Origin: Narcine bancroftii
Lineage: Eukaryota
Length of the DNA: 64,000 nucleotides
Assembly: GCF_036971445.1 (NCBI RefSeq)
Contig: NC_091478.1
Location: forward strand, 63,116,001 to 63,180,000
Direction of reading: 5' to 3'
The translations under genes and the position numbers were made by a program. A model generated the notes under the pieces. The model saw nothing but the letters and a program-made list of their open reading frames with translations, was not told the DNA's origin and ran no database searches. Of the stretch, positions 12,469-26,855 are shown piece after piece (within the stretch, counting starts at the first letter, position 1; every line of letters starts with the position of its first letter).

Positions 12469-12901
12469 TGTTAGGTCTGCTTTGTTCATGAATGAGTGAG
12501 ACAAACACCAGGCTGAGTCGAAATCAGGGTTCTTTGTTCTTTATTGCCGGATTGTAACACTTGCGACCAACCAGGTTAGTCGGAGAATGCATTCTGCCGT
12601 TATCAGCAAAATGGTGATTTTTTATACCCTTGGATATGTGCTTAGAACATCATCATATCATTACTTGTCCAATGACTAAAACTGTTGCTATCCTTTCCCT
12701 GCTAGCTTCCTGCCTCTCAATCCATCAATGTCTCTCTTATCTTGTAAGTACAAGGATGCATTCACATCTTGTTACTGCCCCGTACATTCCCATCTCATGA
12801 TGTTTTACCTAACAGGAGTACAAGGACACCTCCCCTTCTTGTTACAGCCTTGTACAGGGTAACTCCCTACACATTCCCATCTCATGATGTTTTACCTTAC
12901 A
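12469..12901 (-). mobile_element. Solo LTR, 433 bp, 4-bp TSD
   Basis: TGTTAGGT...ACCTTACA termini, ATAT on both sides (12465-12468, 12902-12905), minus-strand TATA (~12620) and AATAAA (~12540), and an internal duplication of ACATTCCCATCTCATGATGTTTTACCT. Confidence 0.85.
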
Positions 12902-13454
12902 ATATCCAGCAGTGTTAAAAGTTTTCTATGGAAAGTATCAAACCCAATTTTTTAGTGATGAAGCTGAAGGTCTGGTACTTGTTAAATTCTTTGCAGATGA
13001 TAAGTAGCAAAGAATTCAAGAATATTTTTCTCAGCAGGTCAACCAGCTCAAGAAGGGAAGGAGAATGGAGTGTATAAAGTGGAACAGTGTAAATCATCTG
13101 AAATTGATATTGATGATGATCAAGTTAACAGAGATTTGAAAGAAGTTTATCATACTTGAACTGTTTATTTATGTTGTTTAATACTGTTCTGTTTGGAGGG
13201 GTGATATTTGTTGCTTCTCATTCTGAAGTCATTAGTCACTTGGTGACATAGGTCACTTCCCATGCAGTAGAGGGAAGCAATACTGTGGTACAATGTTTTT
13301 GGGGGGGAGGGGGATGGATTTATTTTTTTCTTTTGAGGGTATTTTTTCTACTTTGCTTTGTTAAGGAGATGAATATTGTATTTCAGTTAATAGTGAATTG
13401 GGACTTCACTGAACGAGGTAAAGAGGTTTTAAGATTTAAATAAATTAATATTAC

Positions 13455-14320
13455 TGAGGTACATCGTGGCACATGGCGTCATTGGCCCAGATCCAAAACA
13501 GATGCACTCGTTAATGGAATTCCCCCTTCCCCCCAAGCTCAAAGCCCTCTGCAGGTGCCTTGTCTTATTCTCTTATTACTCCCAATGGGTTCCCCGCTTC
13601 TCAGACAAGGTCTGCTCACTGGCCCAGGCCACAAAATTTCTGCTCCCATCCGAGGTGCAGGCGGCATTCATGCGCATCAGGCAGGACATTGCAGACGCAC
13701 GATGCATACCATGGATGAGGACTCCCCCTTCCAGGTGGAGAGCGATGCCTCAGATGTAGCCCTCGCTGCTACCCTCAATCATGGGGGTCACCTGGTCATC
13801 TTTTTATCCTGGACCCTCCACAGCTCCAAGCTAAGGCACTCCACCATTGAAAAGGAGATCCAGGCGATTGTGGAAGTGGTCCGTCACTGTTGCCACTACC
13901 TGGACGGCAGGAGATTCACTCTCCTCACTGACTAGCGGGCAGTGGCGTTCATGTTCATGTTTAACACTACACACAGGGGTGTGTGTCATTAAGAATGACA
14001 AGATCTTGAACTGGAGAGTCAAGCTGGCAACATACAGCTACGACATCTAGTATTGTCCTGGGAAGTTTAACGACTCCCCTGACACCTTCTCCCGGACCTG
14101 CACATCTCTCCACAATGACCAGCTGCAGGCACTGCATGAGTCCCTCTGTCACCTGGGTGTCACCCATTTATACCATTTTATCAAGTCCTGGAACCTCCCA
14201 TACACCATCAGGGACATCAGGGACGTCAGGACCATGACTGAGGCATGCTGGATCTGTGTGGAATGCAAACCATGCTTTTTCTGCCAACCCCAAGCTCATG
14301 TAGTGAAGGCCACTCGGCCC
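13455..14320 (+). mobile_element. Gypsy-like LTR retrotransposon pol remnant (RT end, RNase H, integrase zinc-binding region)
   Basis: FQVESDASDVALAATL, STIEKE, RRFTLLTD and KNDKILNWR, followed by H..H..C..C remnants. Frameshifted. Confidence 0.85.
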
Positions 14321-17300
14321 TTTGTGGAAGAATGTGTAATGGTGGTAGAAATGGAAGCGAATGACTTAAAAAGAAAATTGGAAGAAAGTGACAAAGTTAA
14401 AGAAACACAGGAGTTGTTAGCTCAGAAGATGGATATAATGGAAAACTATAGTAGGCGAAACAATATAAAGACAGTGGGCCTTAATGAAGATGAAGAAGGC
14501 AAAGATATGAAAGAATTTATAAAAGAATGGATCCAAAAGACCTTGGAATGCCAGAAATACAGGAAGGAATGGAAATAGAAAGGGCACACAGAACACTAGC
14601 CCCGAAACCACAGTCACAACAAAAACCAAGATCCGTTTTAGAAAAATTCCTGAGATACACAACAAGAGAAAATATATTGGAGAAGGCAATGAATAAAATG
14701 AGAGAAGACAAGAAACCACTGGAATACAAAGTTCAAAATTTTTTTTCTACCCAGACATAAGTTTTGAGCTCCTAAAGAGAGGAAGGAGTTTAACACAGCA
14801 AAATTGTTCCGAAGGAAGAAAGGCTATAAATTTATGTTAAGATATCCAGCGATGCTTAAAATAGTTATCCCGGGGCAGCAAAACAAACTGTCTCGGATCC
14901 GGAGAAAGCGCGAGAATTTGCAGAATGCCTGCAAGACAGAAAGACAGATGAAGAGATGTAACAAGAACAAAGAACGATGACAAACTACATATAAAGAAGT
15001 AAAAATAATGTATAAGTAAGAACTAAAGGAGGGAAGAAAAGGGAAGTAAGGGAGAAGGGGGGGAAAGAGGAGGGGTTAAAAATATAATAAATAAATAAAA
15101 CAAAAAGAAAAAGAGAAGAAACAAGAGGGAGCTTTGCTTTAATGTGAAGATAAAAGTCTTTTCTGGAGGGGGTTGGGTGGGGAGAGAATAACAGTCACTG
15201 CGAAATCAGTTGACACTTGCGAACTGGTTCGCAGTCCAAAAGGAGAGGGGAGTTGTGGTTGCCTGGCAAGGGACAAGGGGGTGACTCGGGGTGGGGGGGA
15301 GATAATTGGGGTTAAGGGACGTTTAGATGTGGGAATGGTTGAAATATTTTATGTTTTTGAAGTGTTGCCATACAGTGCGTTCAAAAACAGAAAACTGAGA
15401 AATGGAAATGGGGAAAAGGGGAAAGATGATGGTGAGGAAGCGGAAATGAGATGTAAACAAAGTATGAAATTGCCATGTTGAACTATATGACTATAAATAT
15501 TAATGGAATACATAACCAAATCAAAAGGAAGAGGCTATTAAATTTACTGAAAAAAGAAAAAAATGATAAAGCACTCGTGCAGGAAACGCATCTAACTGAA
15601 GTGGAACACAAGAAATTAAGGAGAGACTGGGTAGGGCACATAACGGCAGCATCATATAACTCAAAAGCCAGAGGTGTAGCTATATTAATCAATAAAAATA
15701 TACCAATCAAATAGAGGAGGAAATAATAGGTCCAGCAGGGAGATATGTAATGATAAAGTGTCAGATATATTCAGAATTTTGGAATTTGCTCAATATATAT
15801 GCACCTAATGAAGAGGATCAAAAGTTTATGCAATATATCTTTTTGAAGATTGTAGATATGCAGGGGAATATATTGATAGGAGGGGACTTTAACCTTAATT
15901 TGGATTCAAAGATGGATAAAACTGGATTAAAGACTAGCAGAAAGAACAAAGTAGCCAAATTTATGGTTAAATCAATGCAAGAAATGCAACTTTTGGATAT
16001 ATGGAGGAGACAACAACCAAAGGAGAAGGAATACTCATATTATTTGAGTAGACATAAAACATACTCAAGGATTGACCTGTTCCTGTCGTCAGCCCATATC
16101 CAAGGGAGAGTTAGGAAAATGGAATATAGAGCAAGATTGTTATCAGATCACACACCCCTGTTATTACCAATAGAGCTGGAGGACATCCCACCAAGAACAT
16201 ATAGATGGAGATTAAACTCCATGTTATTTATAAGACATGATTTTAGAGAATTCATTGAGCGCCAAATTAAAATGTACTTTGAAATAAATACGGAATCAGT
16301 GAAAGACAAATTTATATTATGGGATGCAATGAAAGCCTTCATCAGAGGGCAGATAATAAGTTATGTAACTATGATGAAGAAGGACTACAATCATGAAATA
16401 GAACAGCTGGAAAAGGAAATAGCAAGTACAGAAAAAGAACTAGCAACAAGGGAAGATACAACAGAAAGAAGAGAATTGGTGGACAAAAAAATTAAATACA
16501 AAACACTACAAATGTATAAGGTGGAGAAGAACATAATGAAGACAAAGCAGAAGTATTATGAGCTAGGAGAAAAAATGCACAAAATACTAGCCTGGCAGCT
16601 TAAAATAGAACAAGCTAAAAGAATGGAATTGGCATCAAGGAAAAAGGACAAACAAATATATAACCCAACAGAGATCAATTAAAACTTTAAGGAATTCTAT
16701 GAACAATTATACCGAACTGAGAATGAAGGGAAAGAAGATAAAATAGATGAGTTTCTAGCTAAAATTGAACCACCGAAATTGCAAGAAGAGGAGCAAAACA
16801 AATTGATAAAACCATTTGAAATAGAGGAAATACAGGATATATTAAAAAAACGACAGAACAATAAAATGCCTGGAGAGGATGGACTCCCAATAGAATTCTA
16901 TAAAACATTTAAAGAGTTATTAATTTCTCCTCTCCTAGAACTAATGAACCAGATTGAAGAAACAGAAAACATGCCAGATTCATGTAAAACAGCAATAATT
17001 ACAGTAATACCAAAGATGGGGAAAGATCCACTAACACCAGCATCATATAGACCAATATCTCTACTTAACTTAGATTATAAGATAATAGCAAAACTATTAG
17101 CAAACAGATTGGCCGACTGTGTACCAAAAATAGTAAAACTAAATCAAACTGGATTTATTAAGAAAAGATGAACAATGGACAATATCTGTAAGTTCATTAA
17201 TTTAATCCATGCAGTACAAGGAAATAAGACAGCAACAGTGGTGGTTGCTTTCGATGCAGAGAAAGCCTTTGACAGGGTAGAATGGAATTATTTATTCAAA

Positions 17301-19500
17301 GTACTACAGAGGTTCAACCTACCAGAGAAATATATTAATTGGATTAAAGCATTAGATAAGGGACCATTGGTGAAGATAACAGTAAATGGATATATATTGA
17401 ACCAATTTAAATTAAGCAGGTCAACTAGGCAGGGATGTCCACTATCTCCCTCACTGTTTGCTTTAGCTATAGAAACCTTGGCAGAAATAAAAGGGATAAA
17501 AATAAAAGAGAGGGAATATAAAATCAGTCAATTTGCAGATGGCATCATGGAATACTTAACAGAGCCAGAATTATCAATAAAAGAATTACATAAGAAATTG
17601 AAGGAATATGGAGAAATATCGGGGTATAAGATCAACACAAATAAAAGTGAAGCGATGCCAATGAATAATGCGGATTTCACAAAATTTAAGAAAGAATCAC
17701 CATTTAAGTGGAAAACACAAGCAATCCGATGCCTAGGTAGTAATCTAGGGCATCTAAACAAATTAAATTATCATCCATTAATGAAGAAATTACAAGATGA
17801 CTTAGAACATTGGAAAGATTTACCACTAACACTGATAGGAAGGGTAAATTGCATTAAAATGAATATTTTCCCAAGGATACAATACCTATTTCAATCGTTA
17901 CCAATTCTCTTAACAGAGAAATTCTTCAATGAAAATAATAAGGAAATTCTTATGGAAAGGGGGTAAACAGAGGTTAGAGCTAGATAAATTAACAGATTGG
18001 TACAAACAAGGGGACTTACAGCTACCAAACTTTAAGAATGATTATAGAGCAGCAAAATTAAGATAGCTATCAGATTTTTATCAAACAAGGGAAAAACCAG
18101 ATTGGACCAGGTTAGAGCTAGATAAAATAGGGGAGAAGGTACCAGAACATATACTTTATAAGTGGGATGAAAAACTGGTGCAACTTAGAAGTTCACCAGT
18201 ACTTCACCATCTGCTCAACATTTGGAAGAAGATTCATGTAGAAAGGAAAAAAAACAAATGACCAACTACCAAAATTATTATTGACGCAAAATCAACTAAT
18301 CTCTTTCACAATAGATTACCTTTCCTTTAGAGAATGGGAAAGAAAAGGGATTAAAAGAACAGAAAATTGTTTTTTGTGAAATAACTTATTATCTTTTGAA
18401 CAAATGAAGTACAAATATGGTATAACTCACAGTACAATGTTTGCATACTACCAACTGAAAACCTACTTGAAGGACAAATTGGGAAGCAGGCTGAGGTTAC
18501 CAGAAGGAAGCAGCTTTGAATATGTGATTACAGAAACAATGATAATTAAAAGATTTATAACAAACATGTACATCGAGCTGCAAGAGAAAGAGAACGATGA
18601 AATAAGCTGTAAACCCAAACAAAAGTGGGAACAAGATCTAAACATAAAGATCAAAAATGAAAAATGGGGAATGCTATGCTCCGGAACTATGAGAAATACA
18701 ATAAACACGAGGTTACGCATGATACAATATAATTGGTTACACAGGCTATATATCATGCCCCAAAAGTTAAATAAATGGGACCCAACAGTATCAGACAGAT
18801 GTTTTCGTTGTAAGAAAGAAACGGGAACAACAGTACATGCAATTTGGGCATGTGAGAAAGTAGAAAAGTTTTGGGAAGATCTAAATCAGGTATTAAATAA
18901 AATCACAGAAAGCAACATACCAAAAAATCCAGAGATCTTTCTTCTAAGTAATATAAGAAGTAAAGAATTAGGCCTCAAATTGGATGAAGCACAAAAAGGA
19001 TTTATTATGATCGCCTTAGCTGTAGCAAAAAAAATGTATAATGTCAACCTTGAAATCAGAAGAGAGCCTGAGAGTACACCAATGATACATAGAAATGAAT
19101 AAATGTATTCCATTGTGAAAAATAACATATAATTTAAAAAATGAAGTCATTGTATTTGAACAAATTTGGGAACCGTACATGGAACACAACAGAGAGGGCC
19201 TACCATGGACCTCCACCACCTAAAATGATAGAATGAGAAGAAGATGAAATCAACTGACCCAGTGTGCAAAAGTAGATGACACAATTTTCTTGTTTATTTT
19301 TCATTGTGTGATGACATTGTTTAATGGGTTGAATGTTTGAACGTTTAGTGGGTTGGGAGGTGGGTGGGAAGGAGGGAGGGAAGAGAGGGGGGGAAGGGGA
19401 GGAAATGACACTGTGTATATTCAAGAGGGAAATGTTTGTGTGTATTTTGGTTAATATGGTTTATCATGTGAAAAATAATTTTTTTTTAATTAAAAAAAAA
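14321..19500 (+). mobile_element. L1 LINE, truncated in ORF1, with frameshifted ORF2 and poly(A)
   Basis: ORF1 ENYSRRNNIK/ERAHR, EN 15475-16682, RT 16779-17966 (RQGCPLSP, FADG), Cys domain 18404-19102, A tail 19491-19500. Confidence 0.95.
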
Positions 19501-20168
19501 CAGGGACCTGGCACCAGCAGGAGTACCCACTACAACACAACATCCTCCAGCCCAGGACCCTGCCAGCTTGACACACAACCCCCCCAGCCCTGAACAGTTA
19601 TGGGGCACTCAAGACCTCAGTGGGCACCAAGGACTTGCTACAACTGTGGGGGACAAACCTGTCCCTCTGCCCATCTGGCCACCTCTCCATGACACCTGCT
19701 CCGGCCCCTGTCCCCAGCACCCCCCACACTCTCACCGACCAGTGACCAGGAGCCAGTCCTGCGACGGTCGCAGAGACTCCGACGGCCACCTGACTGTCTT
19801 AATCTGTAAATATTGTGTATATGTTTGGGCTTTACTGCAACTCCTCCCCCCCCCCCCACCCCCCACACCGGGTCAGGTTTAAGGAAATGGGTGAATATGG
19901 TGGTTCAGCACTGGCCTACTGTAGAAGAGCATGGGGACAAGTCAACACCTGGCCGGCTGTCAATCAGATGACCTGAATGGACCAAGCCCCACCCGGTTGG
20001 GAGTCAATCACCCTCTGGGATCTAAGCCTGAGCCGGCCCTTCAAAATCACTCTCAGAGCTCACAGCAACACAATCTCACAGCTGGCTCTGTGGAGTTTTA
20101 CGTCGAAAAAAGTCTGTTGTACAGTCTTTTGGTTTTGATTGTTTGTTTCTGACTGACAGCGCACTACA
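19501..20168 (+). mobile_element. Gypsy 3' end: integrase tail, polypurine tract and 3' LTR (~19896-20168)
   Basis: RDLAPAG-type integrase tail immediately after the L1 poly(A), purine tract AAGGAAATGGGTGAA, and an LTR ending GCACTACA. Confidence 0.65.
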
Positions 20169-23100
20169 CAGTATGAATCATCTGAAATTGATATTGTTGA
20201 TGATCAAGTTAACAGAGATTTGGAAAAAGTTTATCATACTTGAACTGTTTATTTATGTTGTTTAATACTGTTCTATTTGGGAGGGGTGATATTTGTTGCT
20301 TTTCCTTCTGAAGTCATTAGCCACTTAGTGGTGTAAGTCACTTCCCTTGTGATAGAGGGAACCAATACTGTGGTACAGTATTTTTGGTGGGGAGCATTTC
20401 TTTTTTCTTTTGAGGGTTTTTTTCTTTTTTGCTTTGTTAAGGAGATGAATATTGTATTCCAGTTAAAAGTGGATTGGGACTTCATTGAACGAGGTAAAGA
20501 GGTTTTAAGATTTAAATAAATAAGATGTCTAATTTAATATTTGCAACATTTAATGTTAATGGCTCAATAACCCAATTAAAAGGAAGTGAGTATTGGCTTA
20601 TATTTAAAAAATTTAAAGTAGATATTGCTTTTTTACAAGAAACTCATTTAACTGAAAAAGAACATCAGAAATTGAAAAAGAAAAAAATGCCAACAATATC
20701 TTTGCAAAAATTAACGTGGAAGAATGATCTAAGAGATTTACAACTTCTGAATTTTCAAAATTACTCTAAGGCAGCACAATTAAAGATTATTAATAGAATG
20801 TTTGATTTGGAAACTCAATTGGTATGGGCAGATATTGAATTAAATCAAATTAATGAGAATAAGAGATCACTTTGTATATAAATGGAATTTGAAATTGTTA
20901 CATATATATAATTTACCAATTTTGATGCATTTGATGGAAATATGGAATAAAATAAATGAAGAGATAGGTACATGTGGTAAAATTTCAATGAAAACACCTT
21001 TGTACCAGAATAAACTTTTTCCTTTTACAGTCAATAATCAACTTTTGAAAATATGGGATCAAAAAGGAATTAAATTTGTACAGAAATGTTATGAAGCAGC
21101 CTATTTTATTACATTTCAAAGAATGAAGAAAAAATATGAAATACCATTGAATATTCATTTTTGTTATTATCAAGTTAGAGCTTTGTTGATGGATCAATTT
21201 GGGAATGCTAGACAGGCTAATTTTGAAATTTTAATTACAGATGATAGGGAAAAAAAGATTTATATCAGAAATGTGTGCATTATTACAGAATAAAATGTTT
21301 AAGCCAGATTTACAAAAATCTAGGTTAAAATGGGAAAAATATTTAGGGATACAAATTACTCAGGAGGACTGGAGAAATTTGTATATAGATAGTATGACAA
21401 AAATAGTAAATGTAAGATATAGATTAGTTAATTCGAATTGTATACATAAATTATGTTTAACTCCTGAGAAATTAAAAAGATGTAATTTACTTTCTATGGA
21501 TTTATGTTTTAGATATCAGAAAGGAGGGGCGTGGCAAGATGGCGTAGAGTCTAGACGTGTAATCTCGACCTCTCTGGCCAGACTTTTAAGAACCCATTTT
21601 TAACTTTTTGTTTTTAAGTTTAAACTTTTTAAAAACTTAGTTTAAAGTATCAAGGAACTGTTATGGCCATTAATGGTAAAAGGATTATACTTCAAGTGCA
21701 GAAGAAATTACATTTTCAGAGTGTTGAAGATTTAAAGCCTAAAAAACCTGCTACAGCTTCAGATTTATTGCCTGTGGGAGCTGGAAAAAAAATGACTACT
21801 ACTCATCAGGAGAAGTATACTCGTTCTCAGGAGGAGGGTGTGTGTTCCAAAGAAGTGGATACTGATTCTGGCAGCCAGACAACTTTAACAGAGAGAATTT
21901 GTAGGATAATGACTCCATTGTTTGAAACCACTCAGCCAGTATTCCAACCTGAAGACCTTAAACTTGTCCGTGAGTTCTTGAAACAACTGCGATTTGTGGG
22001 GGGAGATCAGCATCAACCTCCTGAGGAGGCTGGGGTGCCATCGCTGAGAGTTCAAACTCGCAGTAAATCTGTTAAAAAAATCTGTTGGAATGCCTGCTGT
22101 TGAGCTGCAGCAGGAGCTGCAGTTATCTGGCTCTGACACTACATTAAAGAAAACAGGGTTGAGTCTTTCTGAATGACAACTTAACCTGTTAAGTACTGTT
22201 ACTCAGCTGATTATGCAAGAATTAGCTCAAAGGAAAGAGAGTATGAGGTCATAATTCACTACAGTTAATGCACGTGTGGAAGTATTTTCTGAAGATTTTA
22301 AAAAATTTCAGTCTGCTTTTTTGGAATGTAAAAGTGATGGAGGTGGAAAAATCCGTTAAAGAATTGCGAGAACGTGAGAAGGAGTTAGAGAGGAAATAGA
22401 TTATTTGGAGAATCAAAGTAGAAGGAACAATGTGAAGATTGTTGGTTTGCCGGAAGTTATGGAATGGATCCCACAAATATTGGGGCAAGAATTTTTCTCT
22501 GGAGGCTTGGTATTGGAAAGAGCTCATAGAGCCTTAAGAAGAAGGCCTCTGCCTGGTCAATCACCGAGACCCGTGATAATTCGATGCTTGAATTATTTGG
22601 ACAGAGAAACAATACTTTGTTTAGCAGTGCAAAATGTGAGACAACGACAAGCTCCGTTAATGATTCAGAATAGTAGAGTTCTTTTTATCCCGATTTGAGT
22701 CAAGAGGTTATTCAGCGTTGACGTCAATTTAATTGTTTTAATTCGATTTTAATTCAGTTAAAGAAGTTTTGTGGCATAAAGGCTATAAGTCTACTTTTCG
22801 CTATCCGGCAGTGTTGAAGGTGTTTTGTGGAGACTTTCAATCTCGGTTTTTTGAGAATGAGCGTAAAGCAATGATTTTTGCTGATTCGTTGCCAGATGTA
22901 CGAGGACAAAGACTTAGTCCACCATTGTCTCCTAAAGAAAAATCTGGTTGTTCTGGAAATGGAAGAAATGGTAGAAATGGGAGAAATGGGAATGGAAAGA
23001 GTCTAACATCTGAAATGGGGTCGCCGAGTTTGGAATCTCTTGGATGAATAGAAGAACTTTCTTATTCTTACTTTATTTTTATGTTATTATGATATTTTGT

Positions 23101-24868
23101 TGTTATTCTTTGTTTGGCTGGAGAGGGAGAGATTTGGTCTATGTTCTATTAGTCATCAGCCTCTGGTGGGTAATCCACACCCAAGATTGGTTTAGGGATT
23201 ACTACCTTTTGGTAGTTTTTTTGGGGGGGTTTTGTTTTTTTTTACTTTAATTTTTACCTTTTTTTCCTATTTTTTTCATTTTTATTTTATTTAGTCTTTA
23301 ATTTGTGGTTTCTTTTTCTCCTATTGGAGGGCCTATTTACATTGTTTTGAGTTTTTATATATAGATATTATGTTCTTAGTAATATTAGTAGATATGTCAA
23401 AGTTGAGGTTTGCTACTTTTAATGTTTGAGGTTTAAATACATCAATTTTTGTTTAGATGGATTGTAAATTTGTTTCAGCAATATAATGTGCCTATATTAA
23501 AACATTTAATTAAGTTATGGACAAAGAAAAAGAAAATGATAGATATTAGTGGTGAATTGTCGGCCTTGACTCCATTGTATAATAATCAACTTATTTCTTT
23601 CTCAATATATAATCGAAATTTATTACATTGGAGATTTAAAGGTGTGGAAAATTTGGGAGATTGTTTTAAAGAAGGTAAATTTTTTATCTTTTGATCAGAT
23701 GAGGGACAGTTATGGTATTGATAAGAATTCTTTGTTTCTTTATTATCAAATTTGATCTTTAATGTATTGCTAGTATGTGGAAAGATACGAATATGATTTA
23801 TATTAATAGGTGGCCTAATGAGATAAAATATTGTTTAATAATGAAAAAAATCACATATGTTTTGCCTGATAATTATAGTTTTTTATTAACAAATGGTTGT
23901 TGTATTCAGAATATTTACATTTTGATTTTGATTTACATTGACTAGATCTTAATGTGTATGCTTAATTTTTCTTTCTTTTTTTCTTTCTTTTTTTTTCCTC
24001 TCCTTAGGAGAGTTGGCTGAAAGAGGGGGGTTCTCTTTTTTTCTTCTTTTTTTCTTTATTTTCTTTCTTTTTTCTTTTATATATATATAAAATATGTCAT
24101 TCATGTTTAAGTTTATTATGTATGTTACTTATTATCTGTATTTTGAACGAATAAATAAAGTTTAAAAAAAAAGATATCAGAAAGGAAAAGTAATGTTTTT
24201 ACATCTAACATGGTCTCGTGAAAAGGTTGAAGTTTTTTGGAGGAGTTTAAGGAATTTTTACAAAATATTTTTAAAGTTAAATTCCCAATGGACCCATGAA
24301 TATTTTTGTTAAGTAATATTAAAAATATTTGTTTGGAATTAAGATTAAATAAATTTCAAGTAGCATTTTTGAGACCAGCATTACCTGTTGCAAGAAAATG
24401 TATTGCAATTACTTGGGAAAATGGTATAAAGTTGAATTTGTTTCAATGGCATATAGAATTGAGATCTTGTATACTATTGGGAAAAAATAACATAATTTAC
24501 AGGATAATTACTTTTTCTTTCGGAAGGTTTGGAGCCCCTATTTGGATTATATGGGTTTAAAAATTTTGAATACTTCTGCCTTGGTGTGGTGAAATGTCTC
24601 AATCCACTATATTTATCTATTTATCTATATTATTATAGTTTACATCTCCTTTCTTCTTTTTCCTTTTCTTCTTTCTGTGTTAGTGAGGGGGGAGTTTGGG
24701 GGTGGTATTAGGTAAGGGGTATATAAATGGGGAGGATTATTTTAGTAAAGGGGGTTAGAGGGCTTTCTGTTATATGCCATGTATACCTATTAATATTTTA
24801 TAATTTGTATTGTTTATTCATTTTATGTATCATGGTTTAAAATTTTAAATAAAGTATTTAAAAAAATA
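20169..24868 (+). mobile_element. Degraded, internally deleted L1 hosting a second L1
   Basis: EN start MSNLIFATFNVNG jumps to the ORF2 C-terminal region. Resumes at 24187 and ends in AATAAA + A tail. Confidence 0.8.
21526..24171 (+). mobile_element. L1 with intact 5' end and ORF1 but largely deleted ORF2; 15-bp TSD
   Basis: Starts GGGGCGTGGCAAGATGGCG (YY1 motif), ORF1 remnants 21663-23047, A tail, and AGATATCAGAAAGGA at 21511-21525 and 24172-24186. Confidence 0.88.
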
Positions 24869-24869
24869 A

Positions 24870-25543
24870 TGTCATGGACTGGTTTACCTACCATTGTAGG
24901 TCCTTCTCAATTTTCCGCAGCAAGGGGAGAAAATTAAGCTTATATAGATCATTCAAATTACTATTACATCTAATCCCCAAATACTTCATATCAGATTTGG
25001 CCCAATTAAACTGACTGCCATATTGATATTGCGTATAGTCTCCTCTGCCTAAAGGTAAAATCTCACTCTTGTCCCAGTTTATTTTAAGTCCAGAGACTTT
25101 CCCATAATTATCGAGTGTGGTCTTAGTCTAACCAGAGTGCCGGCCAGGTCAGTCAAATATATTCATATATCATCAGCAAATAATTCATTTCATATTCTTC
25201 CTGGTCCACTTTAAACCCCTGTGGCGAATCTCTGCTGAGCTGTCAGTCTCCCTCTTGCCTAGCCTTGCCTTACTGACATTGGCCGTGTATTATCCCTACC
25301 AGTAAAGACACTCCCCTTGGGTATAACTGTGTATGCACCCATTGTTTTTCATTATTGAACCATTAGTTTCTGCTCATAAAAGCCATGATTATTGTTTGAC
25401 TACATCGTCTTTGTCTACTTCATCAACTGGCACTTCAACCCCTTTATGTCTAGATCCCATCTGATAGCTTCAGCCAATGGCGCAATTGCCATAACAAATA
25501 GAGATGGAGATAGTGGACAATCTTGTCTACTCGATCTATATAA
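24870..25543 (-). mobile_element. L1 RT fragment
   Basis: SRQDCPLSPSLFVMAIAPLAEAIR and FADD remnants on the minus strand. Confidence 0.7.
25220..25437 (+). mobile_element. Short solo LTR (218 bp), 5-bp TSD
   Basis: TG...CA termini flanked by ACCCC at 25215-25219 and 25438-25442, with an internal TATA-like motif. Confidence 0.65.
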
Positions 25544-26847
25544 CAGGGGGTGGCCAGACCGTGGCTTTTTGACCTTTAATATGCAGCTCGTGTAAAATTC
25601 AAACATTCTAGAAATTTAGACCCCCCCACCTTGCCCGCCCAACTTGTGCTACCGTCTCTTTCCCCGCTTGCCGGATTTTGGAGCTTTCCAGATTTTAGAT
25701 GTCCGGATAAAGGAATGTGTACCTGCATAAGTGCAGACTTTGAACGGTGCAGACCTAGCTGGTACACTTCAGATATAAATCTTATTTAAAGTGTCTGTGA
25801 AAACTTTGTGAAGGAAGATGGCTTCAACAAATTGTAAAAAATGAAAATATGAAGATGGAAACAGAAATTTTCAGCCAGAGTGGGAGAAAGAGTTTGCATT
25901 CACAGTTAAAGGAGGTAAACCTTTGTGCCTTATCTGTCACGTGCCACTCAGTCATTACAAGGCCAGTAACTTGAAACGCCGCCATGAAACTAATCACAGA
26001 AACTTTTCGTATGATCACCCACCTAAATCAGACTAGAAAATTATCAATCAATCGCCAGCAGACACTGTTGACATTGTTCAGTAAGGACGTCGATACAACA
26101 ACTGAAGCCAATTTTGTTATATCATGGAATATTGCTCGTGCTAAACGCCCAGATTCTGATGGTGAATTTATCAAGAAGAATATAGCTGATGTTGTTACAG
26201 TGTTAGATCTAAATAACACAAAACATCAGCGACTAATAGCACAAACACCAGTTTCTCACTGCACTACAGAGAGACGTATCTCTCAGATCAGTGCTGATGT
26301 TGCAGGCAAATGCAAAATGATTTTAAAAATTCTCTTGCTTTCAGCTTAGCTCTTGACGAATCAACAGACATACAAGACAACCCACAACTGTCAATATTTG
26401 TTCATTATATTTCCTCTGACAACATATCAGCCAGATTTTAAACAACTTACAGCCAAGATGGAGACTCACAAGGCCACTACCAGCAGTAAATAGTGTCTTT
26501 AATAGCCTGATATTTGTAGCATTGTAGTTTTGTCATAAAAATATAATTATAATAAGACTAATTTTGTAAAGTGGAAATCTGATTAAAATATCTCAAATTT
26601 TTTGGTTTGCCTTTTTTTAAGTATTTGTGATTACTGAAACTAATACAAATTAACAGTTTAAAATCTGCATGCATGAATAAATATTGCATTTAATATGCAT
26701 CTCTTAAAATTTATCTAAAATTTTTGTAACAAAATGCATATGTAACAATAAAAATGTATTTGTGAATTTTGTTCATGTCCTGTGGCACTCAAGCATCTGA
26801 GCTTTACTGTTTGTGGCTCCTACATTAAGCAAGTTTGGCCACCCCTG
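25544..26847 (+). mobile_element. hAT/Charlie DNA transposon, internally deleted (GTF2IRD2/EPM2AIP1-type transposase remnant)
   Basis: TIRs CAGGGGGTGGCCAGAC / GTTTGGCCACCCCTG, 8-bp TSD CTATATAA, and remnants RNFQPEWEKEFAF, KPLCLIC and LALDESTD. Confidence 0.9.
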
Positions 26848-26855
26848 CTATATAA

